The position numbers and the translations under genes were made by a program. The notes under the pieces are model-generated. The model did not search any database. It saw only the letters and a list, made by a program, of their open reading frames with translations, and was not told the origin of the DNA. Of a DNA stretch of 64,000 nucleotides, positions 7,839 through 16,676 are shown piece after piece (position 1 is the first letter of the stretch; every line of letters begins with the position of its first letter). Source of the DNA: a virus (taxonomy: Duplodnaviria > Caudoviricetes). Location: positions 8,096 through 72,095 of the IMG/VR virus record IMGVR_UViG_3300037467_001267. One strand, written 5' to 3'.

Positions 7839-8189
7839 ATGGCGTTCAAACTGGTGATTCCGAAGCAGCGGGCGGGCTCGCTCCAGCGGTACGAGGCGAG
7901 CATCAACGCCGCGGGCCTGCTGTCGTTCAACAAGATCGACCTGGTCGCCGTCAACTTCGTCGCCAACGCGTGCGACAAAGCGGCCCTGCTGGTCGACACG
8001 GAGCTGAAGCGCATCGCCATCCGAGTGGCGGTGGAGCGGGAGCCCTGGGTCAAGCTCCGTTACAACAAGGGCAACACGGCGGCCTGCCTGAGCGTCAAAG
8101 CCGCCCTGAGGGAGCTGGGAGTCAAGACCGTGAAGCCGCGGCGGCTTGAGGTGACAGTCAAGGACAACCTGCTTTGTGTTTCTCTCTGA
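7839..8189 (+). CDS. Hypothetical protein
   Basis: ATG 7839 with GGAG RBS. Confidence 0.65.
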   Translation: MAFKLVIPKQRAGSLQRYEASINAAGLLSFNKIDLVAVNFVANACDKAALLVDTELKRIAIRVAVEREPWVKLRYNKGNTAACLSVKAALRELGVKTVKPRRLEVTVKDNLLCVSL

Positions 8190-8388
8190 CGACATCGACG
8201 TGGTCATGTTGGACCCCGTCGTCTCGGGCGTGGCGGTGTTCTTCCAGGACAGCGAAGCGTATAGTTGGGTAACGAACATCAACGTGCCGCGACTGCTCCA
8301 GGAGCTACACGCGGCCTTCGAACAAGGGGTGTTCGAATACGTCGGCGTCACGGACGGCAGCCGGCACTGGTACAGGAGAAGGTCATGA
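8176..8388 (+). CDS. Hypothetical protein
   Basis: Small ORF in operon order. Confidence 0.5.
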   Translation: MFLSDDIDVVMLDPVVSGVAVFFQDSEAYSWVTNINVPRLLQELHAAFEQGVFEYVGVTDGSRHWYRRRS

Positions 8389-9440
8389 GATACGCCGGTG
8401 TGTTTGCCGTCCCCATCGAGGACGCCCAGGGCAACAAGCTCCTGAAGAAGTGGTACGACGCGGGTGCGCGACTATTCATCGGCTGGGCGAGCCGGATGAA
8501 CACGTCCGGCAAGTTTCCCGCCCAGGATCGCCAGGCCCAGCTGGAGTGGCGCAACGCGGTACGGGCACTAGGCCCCGACGCCAAGTACCTCGACTACCCG
8601 CTGCCCGACTGGCGGACCACGCCGACGGCCCAAGACCTGGACCTAATGGCGAACGACCCGGCGTGTCTGGGCGTGTACATGCCGGACGAGCCCAACCAGA
8701 AGGTGCTGAACCCCGCGACCCAGAAGTGGGATCTGTGGCGGTTCTCGATCGCCGTGCTCCAGCAGTACCTGGCCCCGATTCTCGCCCACCCCGTGCTCTT
8801 CAAGAAGCTGGTCGTCATGAACCTGGACGGCACCCAGCTCACCGCCGCGTGGGGGGCCTACCAGGCCAACGACGTGGCGGCAGTCCTCGACGCGTGCCCC
8901 AGGATCACCCACGTCCTCTCCGACTGGCATCCGCGCAACAACAACCCCGCACGGTACGGTGACGACCTGCCTGGGAAGGCGGTGCGGGTGGTTGGGCGGC
9001 TCACCCCGTCCCGCGGGATGAAGCGTGGCGCCATCCTGGAGTGCGCGTTCGAGCAGCTGCCGAACAGCGTCGGCGGTCGCGGGCCGACTGGTCCGGAGAT
9101 CTGGGCACAGTACCAGGGCGTAATCGCTGAGGGGGATGATGTCGAGATCGTGGCGTTCTTCCCCGAGGCACCCAAGCCCAACGCCGGGCACATCTTCGAC
9201 AACACGAACGCCGAGCAGTTCGCGATGTGTACGAAGGTGATGAACGACTTCGCTCCTGCGGCGACGCTCCCAAGCGAGCCGGTAACACCCACGCCGGCCA
9301 CTCCAACGCCGCAGGAGCTTTTAAACCTCATCGCCGCGGCCAACGCCGCGGTCACCACCCTCCAGGAGCAGAACAAAGAGCTCCACGAGCGGATCAACGT
9401 GCTGGAGAACCGCAAGTACACGATCACGGTGACGGAATGA
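8385..9440 (+). CDS. Putative clan GH-A-like TIM-barrel glycoside hydrolase with Pro/Thr linker and C-terminal coiled coil
   Basis: DPACLGVYMPDEPN, SDWHP, AILECAF, RGPTGPEI pattern; AGGAG RBS. Confidence 0.5.
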   Translation: MRYAGVFAVPIEDAQGNKLLKKWYDAGARLFIGWASRMNTSGKFPAQDRQAQLEWRNAVRALGPDAKYLDYPLPDWRTTPTAQDLDLMANDPACLGVYMPDEPNQKVLNPATQKWDLWRFSIAVLQQYLAPILAHPVLFKKLVVMNLDGTQLTAAWGAYQANDVAAVLDACPRITHVLSDWHPRNNNPARYGDDLPGKAVRVVGRLTPSRGMKRGAILECAFEQLPNSVGGRGPTGPEIWAQYQGVIAEGDDVEIVAFFPEAPKPNAGHIFDNTNAEQFAMCTKVMNDFAPAATLPSEPVTPTPATPTPQELLNLIAAANAAVTTLQEQNKELHERINVLENRKYTITVTE

Positions 9441-9727
9441 TTACCGTCAGACGAGCGGAGACGGACGGTATGTGGGCAGCCGTCTGCGAACTCCCCGACG
9501 TTGCCCTGGTGTCCCTCAGCGACGACGTGTACGACGCCCTGTGGCTCGTCACCGCCCTGGCGAAGAAATACCTGGAGCTTCAAGATGGGCCTTTTGTGCA
9601 ACTCATGCGGTCGCAGTTCCCACCCCGGATCGCCGTGCCCCCGGCCGTCCGACGTGACCAACAGCGACGACTACCGCCTGGATTTGCACCTGAGCTCCGG
9701 ACAAACCGTTTCAGTCTGGCTCAATGA
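9437..9727 (+). CDS. Small protein with HicB-like N-terminus
   Basis: GMWAAVCELPDVALVSLSDDVYDAL resembles the HicB beta-beta-alpha motif. Confidence 0.4.
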   Translation: MITVRRAETDGMWAAVCELPDVALVSLSDDVYDALWLVTALAKKYLELQDGPFVQLMRSQFPPRIAVPPAVRRDQQRRLPPGFAPELRTNRFSLAQ

Positions 9728-9917
9728 CCTCGACAGGGCCCTGGGCCTGGTCGAGCAGCTCAAGTGCGGCCAGCCCGTCCATATCCAGGGCAAAGGTCGC
9801 CCGATGCTGTCCGACAAATTCGTCTACGTGCCGGCGGGGATGTGCCCCACGGCCGTCGTGGAACATGACCCCGCGAGCGAGTACGCCCGCCAACTGGGAG
9901 CGCAACATGGACTCTAG
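9655..9917 (+). CDS. Hypothetical protein
   Basis: GTG-start portion of ORF 9501-9917. Confidence 0.45.
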
Positions 9918-10764
9918 CAACCTCTGGACGGTCGCGACCGTCATCACGCTGACGTGCGTCGTCGTGTCGCAGATCAAGCTCTGGCTCGGCACCAGCAAGT
10001 TCCTGCGGGCGGTGCCCCTGATCGTCGTTGCCGTGCTCGTCGCCATGGGCCTGTCGGTGCTCGCCCACCTCGCTGGGTACCTGCCGGGCTCGGTCGGCCA
10101 GCTCCTCGCCCAGACCGTCCTGGCGGCCCTGGGCTCGGGCGGGCTGTACAACGTGATCAACGGCAGCTCGCTCCAGCGACTCGACATCACCGCCGTGGCG
10201 CCCACGACCCGCGGCAACAACGCGGCCCTGGTGACGGAGATCCCTTCCCTGGACGCCGACAAGGTGGCGGTGAGCTACGAGGACGAAGACCATCACGGCA
10301 TGACGCCCCTCGCACCCCTCGTCCTCCTGGTCGCCTCGATGCTCCTGGCGGGGTGCGGGAACAAGGGCAACCCCGTGGTGGTGCTTGCCGACCCGTCCGC
10401 CACCCAGACCAGCAAGCTGTACGCGGCCAAGCAGGTGTACCTGTCCTCGCTGGAGTTCTTCATCTTCCTGCGGGACCAGAACGTGGTTACCCAGAAGTGG
10501 ATCAACGAGCAGAAGCATATCTTCGACGACGTGCAGCTCGCCTACAAGGTCTGGGAGCAGGCCGTCCAGAACGGTGGCGACGTCAAGACGGCGGAGGAGA
10601 AGTTCAAGGCAGCGGCGGCGGTACTCCAGAAGCTGCGGGAGCAGTACCAGACGCCATCCACCCAGCCCGCAGCGAAGGTGAGCGAGTATGACGACCGTGG
10701 CAATCCTCGGGCTGGCGCAGCTGGCCCTGGAAATTGGGGCGAAATGCGTGCGCGAGCAGCGTGA
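9907..10764 (+). CDS. Holin-like multi-TM domain in frame with an internal lipoprotein (lipobox LAGC)
   Basis: About 3 hydrophobic helices at the N-terminus; MTPLAPLVLLVASMLLAGC from ATG 10300. Confidence 0.6.
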   Translation: MDSSNLWTVATVITLTCVVVSQIKLWLGTSKFLRAVPLIVVAVLVAMGLSVLAHLAGYLPGSVGQLLAQTVLAALGSGGLYNVINGSSLQRLDITAVAPTTRGNNAALVTEIPSLDADKVAVSYEDEDHHGMTPLAPLVLLVASMLLAGCGNKGNPVVVLADPSATQTSKLYAAKQVYLSSLEFFIFLRDQNVVTQKWINEQKHIFDDVQLAYKVWEQAVQNGGDVKTAEEKFKAAAAVLQKLREQYQTPSTQPAAKVSEYDDRGNPRAGAAGPGNWGEMRARAA

Positions 10765-10840
10765 GCCGACGCCGGAAGAGCAGGCCCTGATCGACCAGGA
10801 GATCGAGAAGGCCAGGGCCAACTTGTTCCGCCCCGAATGA
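10688..10840 (+). CDS. Small 50-aa protein, not in ORF track (MTTVAILGLAQLALEIGAKCVREQREPTPEEQALIDQEIEKARANLFRPE)
   Basis: ATG 10688, TGA 10840; hydrophobic N-terminus; overlaps the lipoprotein gene end. Confidence 0.6.
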   Translation: MTTVAILGLAQLALEIGAKCVREQREPTPEEQALIDQEIEKARANLFRPE

Positions 10841-10850
10841 CCTCGACCGC

Positions 10851-10920
10851 CTGCCTGTGTCCGCGACCCGGTCTCTTCTCCTCCCGGGTCGGTGAGTGCC
10901 CCTCATCCTCAGGCAGTTTT
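10851..10920 (+). terminator. Branched hairpin followed by a T-tract (possible terminator)
   Basis: CTGCCTG/CAGGCAG outer stem, CGACCCGG/CCGGGTCG inner stem, then TTTT. Confidence 0.45.
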
Positions 10921-10925
10921 GAACT

Positions 10926-11279
10926 ATGAGCAACAAACACGACATCGTGATCCAGCAGGGCTCCGTGTTCCGCCGCGTCCTCCAGTGGCGGAACCCCGAC
11001 GACACGGTCGTGGACCTGACGGGGTACACGGCGGCGATGCAGGTGCGGCCGGACTACAAGAGCACCACGAAGCTCGTGGACCTGTCCGACCCCACGCATG
11101 GGTCCATTACGTTCGACATCCCGGCCGGGCTGATCTGGATCGAGATCAAGTCGAGCTTCACCGCCACGCTGGTCGCACCGGCCACCGCCGTGTACGACTT
11201 CGAACTGGTCGAGCCGAGCGGAGAGCGGCACCGCCTGCTGGAGGGCAAAGTCGCCATTACCCCGGAGGTGACCCGGTGA
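10926..11279 (+). CDS. BppU-N-like structural adaptor
   Basis: IQQGSVFRRVLQW..DLTGYTAAMQVR..YDFELV..LLEG pattern. Confidence 0.65.
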   Translation: MSNKHDIVIQQGSVFRRVLQWRNPDDTVVDLTGYTAAMQVRPDYKSTTKLVDLSDPTHGSITFDIPAGLIWIEIKSSFTATLVAPATAVYDFELVEPSGERHRLLEGKVAITPEVTR

Positions 11280-11767
11280 AGGTCGAAGTCATCAACGACA
11301 CCCAGGTGCTGGTCATCACCCAGCCCGACCCGACGATCAAGCTCTCCACCCCGGGGCCGCAGGGCCCGGTGGGTGCCGCGGGCTCGGCCGACCAGATCGC
11401 CAAGGGCGGGTCGAGCATCACCATCGACAACGTCGGCACGATGACGGCGACCGCCCCGCAGCTCGACGTGGACGCCCCGACGAACTTCAACCAGGACGTG
11501 GTCCTCCAGGGCAGCGACCTGTTCGTGAACGGCGGCACGATTTACGGCGACGGGTCGGGGCTGACGGGCGTCATGAAGCCGTACGTCCATACGCAGAACG
11601 CCGCGGCCTCTGTATGGGTCATCAACCATAACCTGGGGCGATGGCCGTCCGTCACAACGACGGACACGTTGGGAAGGCCCGTATTCGGCGACGTGCAGTA
11701 CGTCACCAACAACCAAGTGACCGTTACGTTCTCCGTGGCCCTGTCGGGCACGGCCTACTTGAACTGA
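11276..11767 (+). CDS. Virion fibre/decoration protein
   Basis: Short PGPQGP collagen-like stretch; C-terminal HTQ..WVINHNLGRWPSV domain. Confidence 0.65.
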   Translation: MKVEVINDTQVLVITQPDPTIKLSTPGPQGPVGAAGSADQIAKGGSSITIDNVGTMTATAPQLDVDAPTNFNQDVVLQGSDLFVNGGTIYGDGSGLTGVMKPYVHTQNAAASVWVINHNLGRWPSVTTTDTLGRPVFGDVQYVTNNQVTVTFSVALSGTAYLN

Positions 11768-11777
11768 GGAACTTCCC

Positions 11778-13259
11778 ATGCAGGTGTACTCCCCGCTCGA
11801 CCTGAACAAGAACGAGCTGCGCCAGGCGGTGCTGCAGGTGCTCGCCAGCGACCCTGGCTCGGCCGTCCAGGGCCAGATTTACTACAACTCCGCCAGCAAC
11901 ACCGTCCGCCGCTTCAACGGGTCGACATGGGCGGACGTGGGTGCGAGCGGTGCCGGCCTGTCCAACGCGTACGCGGCGGTGAGCGACGGCACGAACAGCA
12001 CCACGGCGTCCGGCTCGGACACGCTGCGCTTCATCGCTGGCGGGTCGAACCAGCTGACGATCACCGTGGCCGAGGGCACGCCCGACTCCGCCACGTTCAC
12101 CGTCAACGCGTCGGCCACGCCCGGTGCGAACAAGATCCCGCAGGCCGACGGCAGCAACAAGCTCGCGGCCGGATGGATCAGCGAGGTGCTCGCCACGTCC
12201 GACCTGTCGGACGTCACCGCCAAGACGGGCAGCGGCACCACCGTCGTGTTCGCCACCCTGCCGACGTTCGCGGCGAGTGGCGGGGTATCCCTGGACGCCG
12301 GGTCGGGCCGCATCCAGAACGTGGCCGATCCCTCGAACGCCCAGGACGCGGCCACCAAGGCGTACGTGGACGCGACGGCGTCCGGGCTGGACCTGAAGAA
12401 CTCCGTGCGGTACGCCACGACGGGCAACATCACCCTGTCGGGGCTCACGACCCAGGGCGGCGGCGACTGGCCGGGTGCCCTGACCGCGGGCGACCGGATT
12501 CTGGTCAAGAACCAGACCACCCAGACCCAGAACGGCATCTACACCGCCGCCAGCGGGGCCTGGGCCCGGGCCCCGGACGCCGACACCAACGCCGAGCTGA
12601 CGCCCGGTGCGTTCACGTTCGTCGAGGACGGCACGACGCTGGCCAAGTCGGGCTGGGCGATCAGCTCGACGACCGTCAACATCGGCACGACGAACATCGT
12701 CTGGACGCAGTTCTCCGGTGCCGGGGCCTACACCGCCAGCTCGCTGTCGGGCGGCATCGCCGTCTTCAAGCAGCTGACGGGAGTGAACTTCGAATTCAAA
12801 TCCGTCCTGGCCGCGTCCACGAAGGTGTCGGTGGTCGCCAACGGGTCGGGCAACACCGTAGACATCGACGTGGTCGAGGCCAACCTGACCCTCACGAACA
12901 TCGGCGGCACGCTCTCCGTCGGTAAGGGCGGCACCGGCCAGACGACGGCCAGCGGGGCTCGCGGCACGTCCGGCCTCGGGTCGGGCACGGCCCCTGCCAA
13001 CGCTTCGAACGTCGTCGCGACGGACGGCGGCATCCCGCTCAAGCGGACGTTCGCCATCACCGCCCCGGGCGGCACGACGAGCTTCGTGTGCACCCATAAC
13101 CTGGGCGTGGCGGTGCCTATGGTGATCGTCTCCGACAACAACTCGCCCAAGAACAAGGTCGAAACGGAGGTCGAGTTCACCGACACGAACACCGTTACGA
13201 TCAAAATTTTCCCGGCCCCGGCCAACACGACCGTCTTCAACGTCACGGTGATCGGATGA
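11778..13259 (+). CDS. Fibre protein (head or tail fibre)
   Basis: DAATKAYVD, GDRILVKNQT..QNGIY, GTLSVGKGGTG and C-terminal HNLG domain; Gly/Thr/Ser rich. Confidence 0.75.
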   Translation: MQVYSPLDLNKNELRQAVLQVLASDPGSAVQGQIYYNSASNTVRRFNGSTWADVGASGAGLSNAYAAVSDGTNSTTASGSDTLRFIAGGSNQLTITVAEGTPDSATFTVNASATPGANKIPQADGSNKLAAGWISEVLATSDLSDVTAKTGSGTTVVFATLPTFAASGGVSLDAGSGRIQNVADPSNAQDAATKAYVDATASGLDLKNSVRYATTGNITLSGLTTQGGGDWPGALTAGDRILVKNQTTQTQNGIYTAASGAWARAPDADTNAELTPGAFTFVEDGTTLAKSGWAISSTTVNIGTTNIVWTQFSGAGAYTASSLSGGIAVFKQLTGVNFEFKSVLAASTKVSVVANGSGNTVDIDVVEANLTLTNIGGTLSVGKGGTGQTTASGARGTSGLGSGTAPANASNVVATDGGIPLKRTFAITAPGGTTSFVCTHNLGVAVPMVIVSDNNSPKNKVETEVEFTDTNTVTIKIFPAPANTTVFNVTVIG

Positions 13260-13606
13260 AGTTTTACTGCGGAACCAACAAGGCCCCGGCCACCCTGACG
13301 GTGACGACGAACGCAGTCACCCCGGACGCGACCCAGGGCAACAACTTCAACGCGACCAACGGTGCGAACCTGACCGTCAACAACATGACGAACCTGACCG
13401 CCGACGACGACGGCAGGGAGTTCCGGGTCAGGGTCAAGAACTCGGGTGCGTCCGCCATCACCGTGTTGCTCGGCACCAGCTACCGATTCGGCTCCCAGTT
13501 GACCGCCCTGTCTTCCGTCGCCGCCGGCAAGACGAACTACATCGGTCTGGTCTACAACGCGGCGGACTCCAAACTCGACGTGGTGTCGGAACAGGTAGGA
13601 TTCTAA
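13256..13606 (+). CDS. Small beta-rich structural protein
   Basis: Thr/Asn-rich beta pattern within the fibre block. Confidence 0.6.
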   Translation: MKFYCGTNKAPATLTVTTNAVTPDATQGNNFNATNGANLTVNNMTNLTADDDGREFRVRVKNSGASAITVLLGTSYRFGSQLTALSSVAAGKTNYIGLVYNAADSKLDVVSEQVGF

Positions 13607-13896
13607 TGGCCGTACTCACCGTACAAGACCGGCAGCGAACCGCCGCGCAGTGGATCCGCGACAACACGACCCCATGCGGGTTCCTCAAGGCGGACGTGCT
13701 CGCGGCCGTCAACGCCATCGACGACTACCTCGACGGCATGCTCACGGCCCGTCCGACCACGAGCCTCGCTGTGGCCGTCCAGAACGCGGCACCGAACTTC
13801 TGGACCAGCTCCACCACCACCCAGAAGTACGCGGTGCTGTCGTACGTCATGCGTCGCCGGGCCAACCAACTCGTTGCACAGGAGGATAACGCCTAA
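13606..13896 (+). CDS. Hypothetical protein
   Basis: GTAGGA RBS; coupled stop/start. Confidence 0.65.
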   Translation: MAVLTVQDRQRTAAQWIRDNTTPCGFLKADVLAAVNAIDDYLDGMLTARPTTSLAVAVQNAAPNFWTSSTTTQKYAVLSYVMRRRANQLVAQEDNA

Positions 13897-14399
13897 TGGG
13901 CACCACCAAGCAAGCCATCGACCCGCTGTCGGCATTGTTCAAGACGAGTGCCTTCCCCGCCGTCGTCGTCAACCAGGGCACCAACTTCCCCGTGGGCGGG
14001 CTCGCCTTCGACGCCTCCACGAAAGAGACGGCGTACTTCAAGTTCAAGGCCAGCAACTACGGGTCGGGCAACGTCACCGTCACCATCCGCTGGTACGCCG
14101 ACACGGCCACCACCGGGGACGTGATCTACGGAGCGCAGCTGGCCGCCATCAGCCCGAACACCGACACGCAGGACGTGGAGACGAAGGCCCTCGCCACCGC
14201 CAACACGGTGACGGACTCGCACCTGGGCACCGTCGGCCAGCGGGTGCACGACTGCTCGATCACCATCAGCAACCTGGACTCGCTGGCTGTTGACGACGAG
14301 GTGTGGCTGGCCCTCTACCGCGACGCCGCGGCGGGCGGGGACACCATGACGGGCGACGCGATCGTGGTCGGCATCGAGGTCTCTTACTCGGACACCTGA
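13896..14399 (+). CDS. Beta-rich structural protein
   Basis: GGAGG RBS; jelly-roll-like alternating pattern. Confidence 0.6.
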   Translation: MGTTKQAIDPLSALFKTSAFPAVVVNQGTNFPVGGLAFDASTKETAYFKFKASNYGSGNVTVTIRWYADTATTGDVIYGAQLAAISPNTDTQDVETKALATANTVTDSHLGTVGQRVHDCSITISNLDSLAVDDEVWLALYRDAAAGGDTMTGDAIVVGIEVSYSDT

Positions 14400-14402
14400 T
14401 CC

Positions 14403-15143
14403 ATGGGTGCTACGTTCAACGGTTCCGGATGGTTTCGGAGGGATTCGTCCTTCGCGACCGGCGACAACGCCACGGTGATGGCGTGGTGCCGCCCCACGTC
14501 CCTGCCTGCGTCGGGCGGGTACGCCAACGTCATCTGTAACACCAACCCGAATTCCGGAGGCACGTTCGGCTGGGGCATCGACATCCATAACGCGACCGGG
14601 ACGGCCAAGTGGAGCCTCGGCACCAACAGCAACGACTACGACGCCACGGCAGGGGCGGCTCCCGCCGTCAACACCTGGTTCCACGTCGCCGCCATCCGCA
14701 ACGGGAACACCAAGACCCTCTACGTCAACGGCGTCCAGGCGGGTACGGGTTCCGACGTCACCACGACACAGACCAGTCTGTTCGTAGGCAGTGCGTTCAA
14801 CAACGTCGCTGCCGTCGGCTCCGACCTGTTCAGCGGCACGATCGCGTACGTGAAGATTTGGAAGGCCGTGCTAACGATCAACGAGATCGCGCAGGAGATG
14901 CGGCAAGGCAAGCCGTTCCGCACGGCCAACCTCTTCGGGCACTGGCCCCTCTTCAACACCGGAGATTTCACCGTTGACTACTCGGGCGGAGGCAACTCCC
15001 TCACCAGCGGAGGGTCGGGCACGGTGTACGGAGATGGCCCACCCGTCCCACTATACACCCGGTCGGCGATTTTCTTCCGAGCACCGGTCGTCGTAACGCC
15101 GCCGCCCACGGGCAACAACGCAACGATGTTCCTTACCTTTTGA
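14403..15143 (+). CDS. LamG/concanavalin A-like domain protein
   Basis: TVMAWCRP..NTWFHVAA..LYVNG..FSGTIAYVKIW..LTINEI. Confidence 0.85.
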   Translation: MGATFNGSGWFRRDSSFATGDNATVMAWCRPTSLPASGGYANVICNTNPNSGGTFGWGIDIHNATGTAKWSLGTNSNDYDATAGAAPAVNTWFHVAAIRNGNTKTLYVNGVQAGTGSDVTTTQTSLFVGSAFNNVAAVGSDLFSGTIAYVKIWKAVLTINEIAQEMRQGKPFRTANLFGHWPLFNTGDFTVDYSGGGNSLTSGGSGTVYGDGPPVPLYTRSAIFFRAPVVVTPPPTGNNATMFLTF

Positions 15144-15149
15144 GAGGCT

Positions 15150-16676
15150 ATGCCCACGAACAACCCATCATGGCTCGTCATCGGAGAGCCCGGCGTCCAG
15201 AGCGTGCGCTCGGTGGCCGGCAAGCAGGGCGACATCGTCCTCAGCATCGACGACGTGCAGACCCTCGCCACGTCCCTCAGCAACAAGATCAGCCTATCGG
15301 CGGTCGGTGCGGCGAACGGCGTGGCCGGGCTCGATAGCAACGGCGACCTGGTCGGCAGGATCATCCTGACGCCCCGCACCTCGACCAGCCTGGCCTCGAT
15401 CGTGTTGCTGTCGGGCGAGATGGCCTTCAACTCCGACACCGGACAGGTGCTACGGGGCGACGGGGTGACGCTGGGCGGCATTCCCGTCCGCCAGCCGACG
15501 GTCGTGACGCAAGATCTGTCGGCCAGCGGGACGGGCAGCTACCTGCTCGACCACCAGAACGCCGACGTGTTGGTGGTCAAGGGCTACACGACCGACGTAA
15601 TCCGCACGTGGACGTTTAACCTGATCGACGGGGCGACAGCGAACGCGGGCATCAAGGCCGGCACGTACGTCGGCCAGCGGCTCACAATCAAGCTCGACCT
15701 TCGGGCGACGACCACGGACGGTATCACCGGCGGCACAATCGTGGCCCTCTTCAGCGGTGTACGATTCGGATGGAACACGTCCGTGCTTGGATATCATGGC
15801 TCGGGATACCGGAGATATACGACCGAACCCGACCTCAACCTCGACCCAGGCACGTTCGTCTGCCAGCAAGCATTCGACCTGGTCTGGGACGGCACGTACT
15901 GGCAGCCCGACCAGCCCTGGCCGAGCATCGGCAACGTAGTAGACACGTTCGGCTTCGCGTCCGGGGCATGGGCCCGGTCGGGCACGTACTCGCTGGCCCA
16001 CGGCCGGAAGCTGAATCTGAACACCAACCCGCAGTTCGGTGCGACGTTCGGCGACACCAATGCCGCGTACGCCAACTACTGCCTGGTGGGCGGGGAATCC
16101 TCTTCCACCGGCACAAACGCCAGCCATAGCATCTTCTGGGGGCGTAATCTGACCGGCCCTACGACGATTTCCGGCAACGTGGGATTCCAGTTCGTCATGG
16201 GCGAAGGTGCCCGACCCCGCACGCCGTTGAGCCGAACGTTCGGCCACGCCCAGGGGACGACAGATTGGGGCTCGTGTCAGGCGGCGGACTACCTGTACAG
16301 TGCCGTTACGACCGACGCGACGGCCACAGTCATGGGCATTCGCCCCGCGGCGGCGGGCGGACATCTCGTGGTGGCTCCCAAGACACTTTACAACTGTATC
16401 TACCAGCTGGCCGCGTACAACGTCACCGACAACGCGGTCGCGACGGTAACGGGGCGGTTCACGATCTGGCGGGACGGCTCGAACAACACCGCCCTGCTCG
16501 AAAGTGTCGAGTTTTCCCGGGCAAACTCCGCCGCCATGGCCGGCTTCGGGTTCACCATCGCCGCCGACGACACCAACGAGCGGCCGTCATTCACCGTGAC
16601 CGGGTTCGCCGGCAAGACGGTTCGCTGGACCCTGCGTTTGACTGCGGCCGAGGCTGCGGGAGCTGCTGCGCTATGA
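15150..16676 (+). CDS. Fibre/adhesin protein with Mtd-N-like segment
   Basis: VRSVAGKQGDIVL; LLSGEMAFNSDTGQVLRGDGVT; beta-helix-like Gly/Ser-rich region. Confidence 0.65.
   Translation: MPTNNPSWLVIGEPGVQSVRSVAGKQGDIVLSIDDVQTLATSLSNKISLSAVGAANGVAGLDSNGDLVGRIILTPRTSTSLASIVLLSGEMAFNSDTGQVLRGDGVTLGGIPVRQPTVVTQDLSASGTGSYLLDHQNADVLVVKGYTTDVIRTWTFNLIDGATANAGIKAGTYVGQRLTIKLDLRATTTDGITGGTIVALFSGVRFGWNTSVLGYHGSGYRRYTTEPDLNLDPGTFVCQQAFDLVWDGTYWQPDQPWPSIGNVVDTFGFASGAWARSGTYSLAHGRKLNLNTNPQFGATFGDTNAAYANYCLVGGESSSTGTNASHSIFWGRNLTGPTTISGNVGFQFVMGEGARPRTPLSRTFGHAQGTTDWGSCQAADYLYSAVTTDATATVMGIRPAAAGGHLVVAPKTLYNCIYQLAAYNVTDNAVATVTGRFTIWRDGSNNTALLESVEFSRANSAAMAGFGFTIAADDTNERPSFTVTGFAGKTVRWTLRLTAAEAAGAAAL

Noticed and set aside
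16265-16672. Longer N-terminus of the protease ORF (also upstream extensions of ORFs 948, 2079, 8265, 9724, 10892, 24608 and 52017)
   Set aside because: These extensions overlap upstream genes and translate to non-protein-like sequence. Downstream starts with RBS or stop/start coupling are more plausible.
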